The translations under genes were made by a program, and so were the position numbers. From Amoebophrya sp. A120 (taxonomy: Eukaryota > Protista > Dinoflagellata), in NCBI GenBank assembly GCA_905178155.1, contig CAJINV010000012.1, positions 2,581,407-2,645,406 on the forward strand: 64,000 bases of DNA, read 5' to 3'. Each line of letters opens with the position of its first letter. Position 1 is the stretch's first letter. This document shows positions 60,797 to 64,000 of this stretch, in pieces. The notes beneath the pieces are model-generated. The model had not been told where the DNA came from. It saw only the letters and a list, made by a program, of their open reading frames with translations, and did no database searches.

Positions 60797-63700
60797 TCAG
60801 TCAAATTCGTCCCAAAACGCGTCCTCCGCTTCTTTTTTCAATTCTTCCGCCTTTTTCAAGGGCACCGGTTCCTTTCGCGGCGGTGGCTTCTCCAATTTCG
60901 CAAACATCGCACTCGGGCCCTGTTTTGGACTACCCGTGCTCTGCTTGGACGAGTTCGGCGACGAGGGGACTGATGGCGGGCGAGAGTTGCTTTTCGGCGT
61001 TGGAGGTTTATCTTTATTACTCATTGCGCTTATGCAATACAAATTTGCTGTACATGTACAAAATGCATCACAAATTTCACCAACTTGGAGCATGCCACTT
61101 GTCATGCTGAATAGAATTAAAAGAAAAATTTGTCATGCAGAAACCGAATTTGTACATGTACAGGAAATTTACTGTGGATAGCGCTATAATTGTTCGCACT
61201 CGCAGGGACCACGACGAGGTGGCTAGAGCTAGAGGACGGAGAAGGAGCCCCTGCTGGGATGATATTCGTTTTATTCGTGGTAGTTGTCGTTGGGGTCGTT
61301 CTTGCGCTACTATCCAGGATGAAATCATCCCCAAAAAAGTCATCGCCCCAAGGGTCGCTCTGCTTCGACAAATTGCTCTTGGAGCCGAGAGGCGATAGCT
61401 GCTGTTTCAACATCTGGGTTGATGTATTGTTGATCTTCGGGGCCGCCGCGAAGCTGCTGTTTTTGTGAGGACTCGTCGAGGAACCCACTGGCGCGGAAGA
61501 AGATGGATTGTTACCGACAGTCGGCAAGCTCAACAGCGAGTTGGCCGAGGCCCTACTAGTTCCCGAGCCTCTTCCCGGAGGCAAAAATTGCGACGCCGGC
61601 GATTCCATCCCCAAATTTAATTCCGCGAAGAGCATTTCGTCCTGCTCTTCCGCCAATTTCTTGGCCGCGGAATTCGTGGAGCCAAAAATGGATTTGGGCA
61701 CGGGATTCCTCGATTTCGATTGCGCTTGTTGTTGAAACACCGCGGAAGTAGTCGTGTTAGAAGGTGGAACTGCCGGGGTTATAATTTTTGGCGGCTGGGA
61801 AAATGATGCTGATGGTAATGATGTTGCAGCTCCAGCACCAAAAGATGCTCCAGTCGGCGTAGTTCCACCGCTACTGATTGTGTTTAAAATCGGTGGAGCC
61901 GGTGGCGGCGCGGGGACTGGCACGACCACGCCAGGAGCATTTGACGTACCACCACCAACACTCGCTGTAGAGGTCGTCGGTGTGAGACCTCCTGGTGTGC
62001 TGTTGTTATTCGCCGGCGCGCCCGATGTTGTTGAAATGCTTCCCTGCAAATCTGCGATCTTGGAGAACGCCCAGCCGCCCCAGCCGGAAGACGAGGAATT
62101 TGAATTCCTGCTAGCTGGAACAGACCTAGAATCTGTACTGTTCCCAGGCTGCGAAACGCTACTTGCCGACCCCGACCCCGACGTCGTAGAGGTTACAACG
62201 CTGCTCACCATCTCACTCTTCAACTTCTGAATCTGCGACACGACCGCCTGCAAAACCTCCATCGCCAGATCCGACACCTGTTGCGCGACCAATTCGTTAT
62301 TCTTCTGCTCCTCTTGCTGCGCCTGCTGTTCCGCAGGGGTGACGGCGGTGTTTAATCCGGGTTTATTTTGCTCGACGGGTGAAAGAATCACTTTCGCTGC
62401 GACGAGAGGGCAAACCGTGTTGCACAAATCCACCATGGTGAAATAATTCAAACACGCCCGCACTGCTTGCAGCGTCGCTAACCGACATATCCTGAGTAAA
62501 AACGTCCCCACCCCAATTATAGCCAAGTAGATGGCGAATCGACTAGAAAAATCCACAAGCTTTGGCTGTCGTGCATGAGAAATTTGGACTCGTAATGTAG
62601 TACTGTTTGAGCTAGCTCAACAGCATCACAGATCTAGTATATCATGCTGATTGGAGCATGACAAATTGCAAAACACGACTAGAAAATGCTTCTCATGGGG
62701 CTCCGCATGAGAAACATTTCTAGCATGCAGATTTGCATTACAACTATAGGATGGGGACGTTTTTAAATACGATACGACACGGCATGAAACTGTCGTTGAT
62801 CGAGACGGAAAATGCGGCTTTCAGAATGCGGCTGGTGTTATGCATTACAAAAGTATCGCACTCGTATAAATGCGAGTCTAGCATTACAGATCTGCTTTCT
62901 TAGCTGAACCTGCATGACAAGTTTCACTTTTCTTCTAGGAAAAATTTGTAAAGCATTTATACGAGTACGATACTTTTGCATTTCATAGGTGACCGGTAAA
63001 TCGCTTCCGGGATTCAGTTCCGGGTTCCCAAACCCGTTCAGCGTCGCAATCTTTCCGAAACAGATGCACACGTTGGTCCGCAAACTGGGTTCCGGATCTC
63101 TTAGCCTTTGCTGTAGCTGTTTCGCGACCTTTATCCAGGAAAAAACACCCATCCCCATCCATTTTTTGCATGACAAACACAGGAAACAATGCACGTTTTG
63201 CATGACAAACTGGATGGGGATGGGTGTTTTTTCCTGGATAACCTTGTCTTGGATGGTTTGGATTGGGATCAAGGGTGTGCTAGTCGTGGGCTGGCTCGCC
63301 GGGTCGGAAGATAGGCTTTGTCTACTGTTGTTATCAAATGTAAAAATGTCTGGGTCTGGAAGAGTCATGCTGTTTTTGCATGACAAAGAAGGTCTGGCGT
63401 AGAAGCTCTAGCATCACAGGTTTCGAGAAGCTTCCGCGATGCCGAACCCGCATGAGAAATCCGCCATTTTGGTGACAGAAAGTGGGCAGCTTTTGCTACC
63501 TATGCATGAGAGATCTTTCTGTGTTCTAAAATGCGCATCACAAGTTCGGATCCTTCCAGACCCAGACATATTTGCATTTGATAGTTGTCCGTCATGCACA
63601 GAACCACCATCGCTTTCACTGTCGCTTCGCGTATGGCGTTCTCAAACGTTACATTCTCAACTGTTACATGAATTTGTGATGCAAGAATGGCAAAAGTGAA

Positions 63701-64000
63701 AGGAAGGGCCTTGCGCTTCTTGCGTGACAGATTTGGCGCAGATTCTCAGCCTGTTTGGCCGTCTGAGGATTTGTCATGCGAAGCAGCTTGATGGCGTTGA
63801 TAGTCAAAGCAATTTTGCATGACAAATCATGTAACAGTTGAGAGTGTAACAGTTGAGAGCGCCATATCGCGGATGCTGGCATTCTGGTCGTTGAACCCGT
63901 TCTGCAAACTGTCGAAGATGGTCGTGCGCACGATCGTCTCTTCCATCTTGAAGACGTATCCGAACAGCGCGGTCAACAGCCTGTAGCGAATCGCCCGGTC
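60797..64000 (-). CDS. SCYL1: SCY1-like pseudokinase (SCYL1/Cex1), HEAT region and C-terminal tail; 5' part lies beyond the window
   Basis: DRAIRYRLL...IFDSLQNGFNDQNASIRE|ATVKAM, DPEPSLRTNVCICFGKIA and KAAFSVSINDSFMPCR|LA match SCYL1 HEAT motifs; six introners restore the frame. Confidence 0.85.
61031..61180. mobile_element. Introner family H
   Basis: TATGCAATACAAATTTGCTGTACATGTACA...TGTACATGTACAGGAAATTTACTGTGGATA; DR gcgct. Confidence 0.9.
62488..62774. mobile_element. Introner family F
   Basis: TATCCTGAGTAAAAACGTCCCCA...TGGGGACGTTTTTAAATACGATA; DR cgaca. Confidence 0.9.
62839..62987. mobile_element. Introner family B
   Basis: TATGCATTACAAAAGTATCG...CGATACTTTTGCATTTCATA; DR ggtgt/ggtga. 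Confidence 0.85.
63132..63240. mobile_element. Introner family E (CCATCCCC subtype), 109 bp
   Basis: Perfect 30-bp TIR TATCCAGGAAAAAACACCCATCCCCATCCA; DR acctt. Confidence 0.9.
63332..63583. mobile_element. Introner family A
   Basis: TATCAAATGTAAAAATGTCTGGGTCTGGAAG...CTTCCAGACCCAGACATATTTGCATTTGATA; DR gttgt. Confidence 0.9.
63632..63866. mobile_element. Introner family D
   Basis: TATGGCGTTCTCAA...TTGAGAGCGCCATA; DR tcgcg; spliced SIRE|ATVK. Confidence 0.9.

Noticed and set aside
7077-63575. Recurrent short peptides in the ORF track (LPDPDIF, KMSGSGR, CKSIVLV, EGEGELCTL)
   Set aside because: These are translations of introner TIRs, not a protein domain family.
1-64000. Autonomous transposase, tRNA/rRNA genes or relic dinoflagellate spliced-leader sequence
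   Set aside because: None recognised by eye; a computational scan could still find degenerate copies.

Overview
Eukaryotic nuclear DNA, very likely the parasitic dinoflagellate Amoebophrya (Syndiniales); this is inferred from gene organisation, not from a database match. About 13 protein genes can be reconstructed, all on the minus strand: DENND6, DNMT2, TMEM107, an F-box protein, a 930-aa orphan, eIF1, a bestrophin, PDCD2-like, a mitochondrion-targeted COX3 fragment, PRP40, SCYL1 and three poorly resolved genes. They are interrupted by 50 MITE-like introners from about 11 families. These have TAT...ATA termini (a few copies with one base mutated), terminal inverted repeats and a 5-bp direct repeat (DR). 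In the 49 coding cases, removing the element plus one DR copy restores the frame, almost always without GT-AG. Highlights: (1) a 150-aa nuclear gene, invisible in the ORF track, joining a mitochondrial presequence to the last helix of cytochrome c oxidase subunit 3 (YFHFVEVVWL); (2) a 4.1-kb intergenic array of five copies of a ~52-bp repeat separating four unrelated kb-sized cassettes; (3) a GCAT(N)ACAA motif shared across introner families, which are found in both orientations; (4) two ~1.1-kb cargo-bearing introners; (5) GT-AG introns that look like decayed introners. Coordinates were counted by hand and may be off by a few bases.
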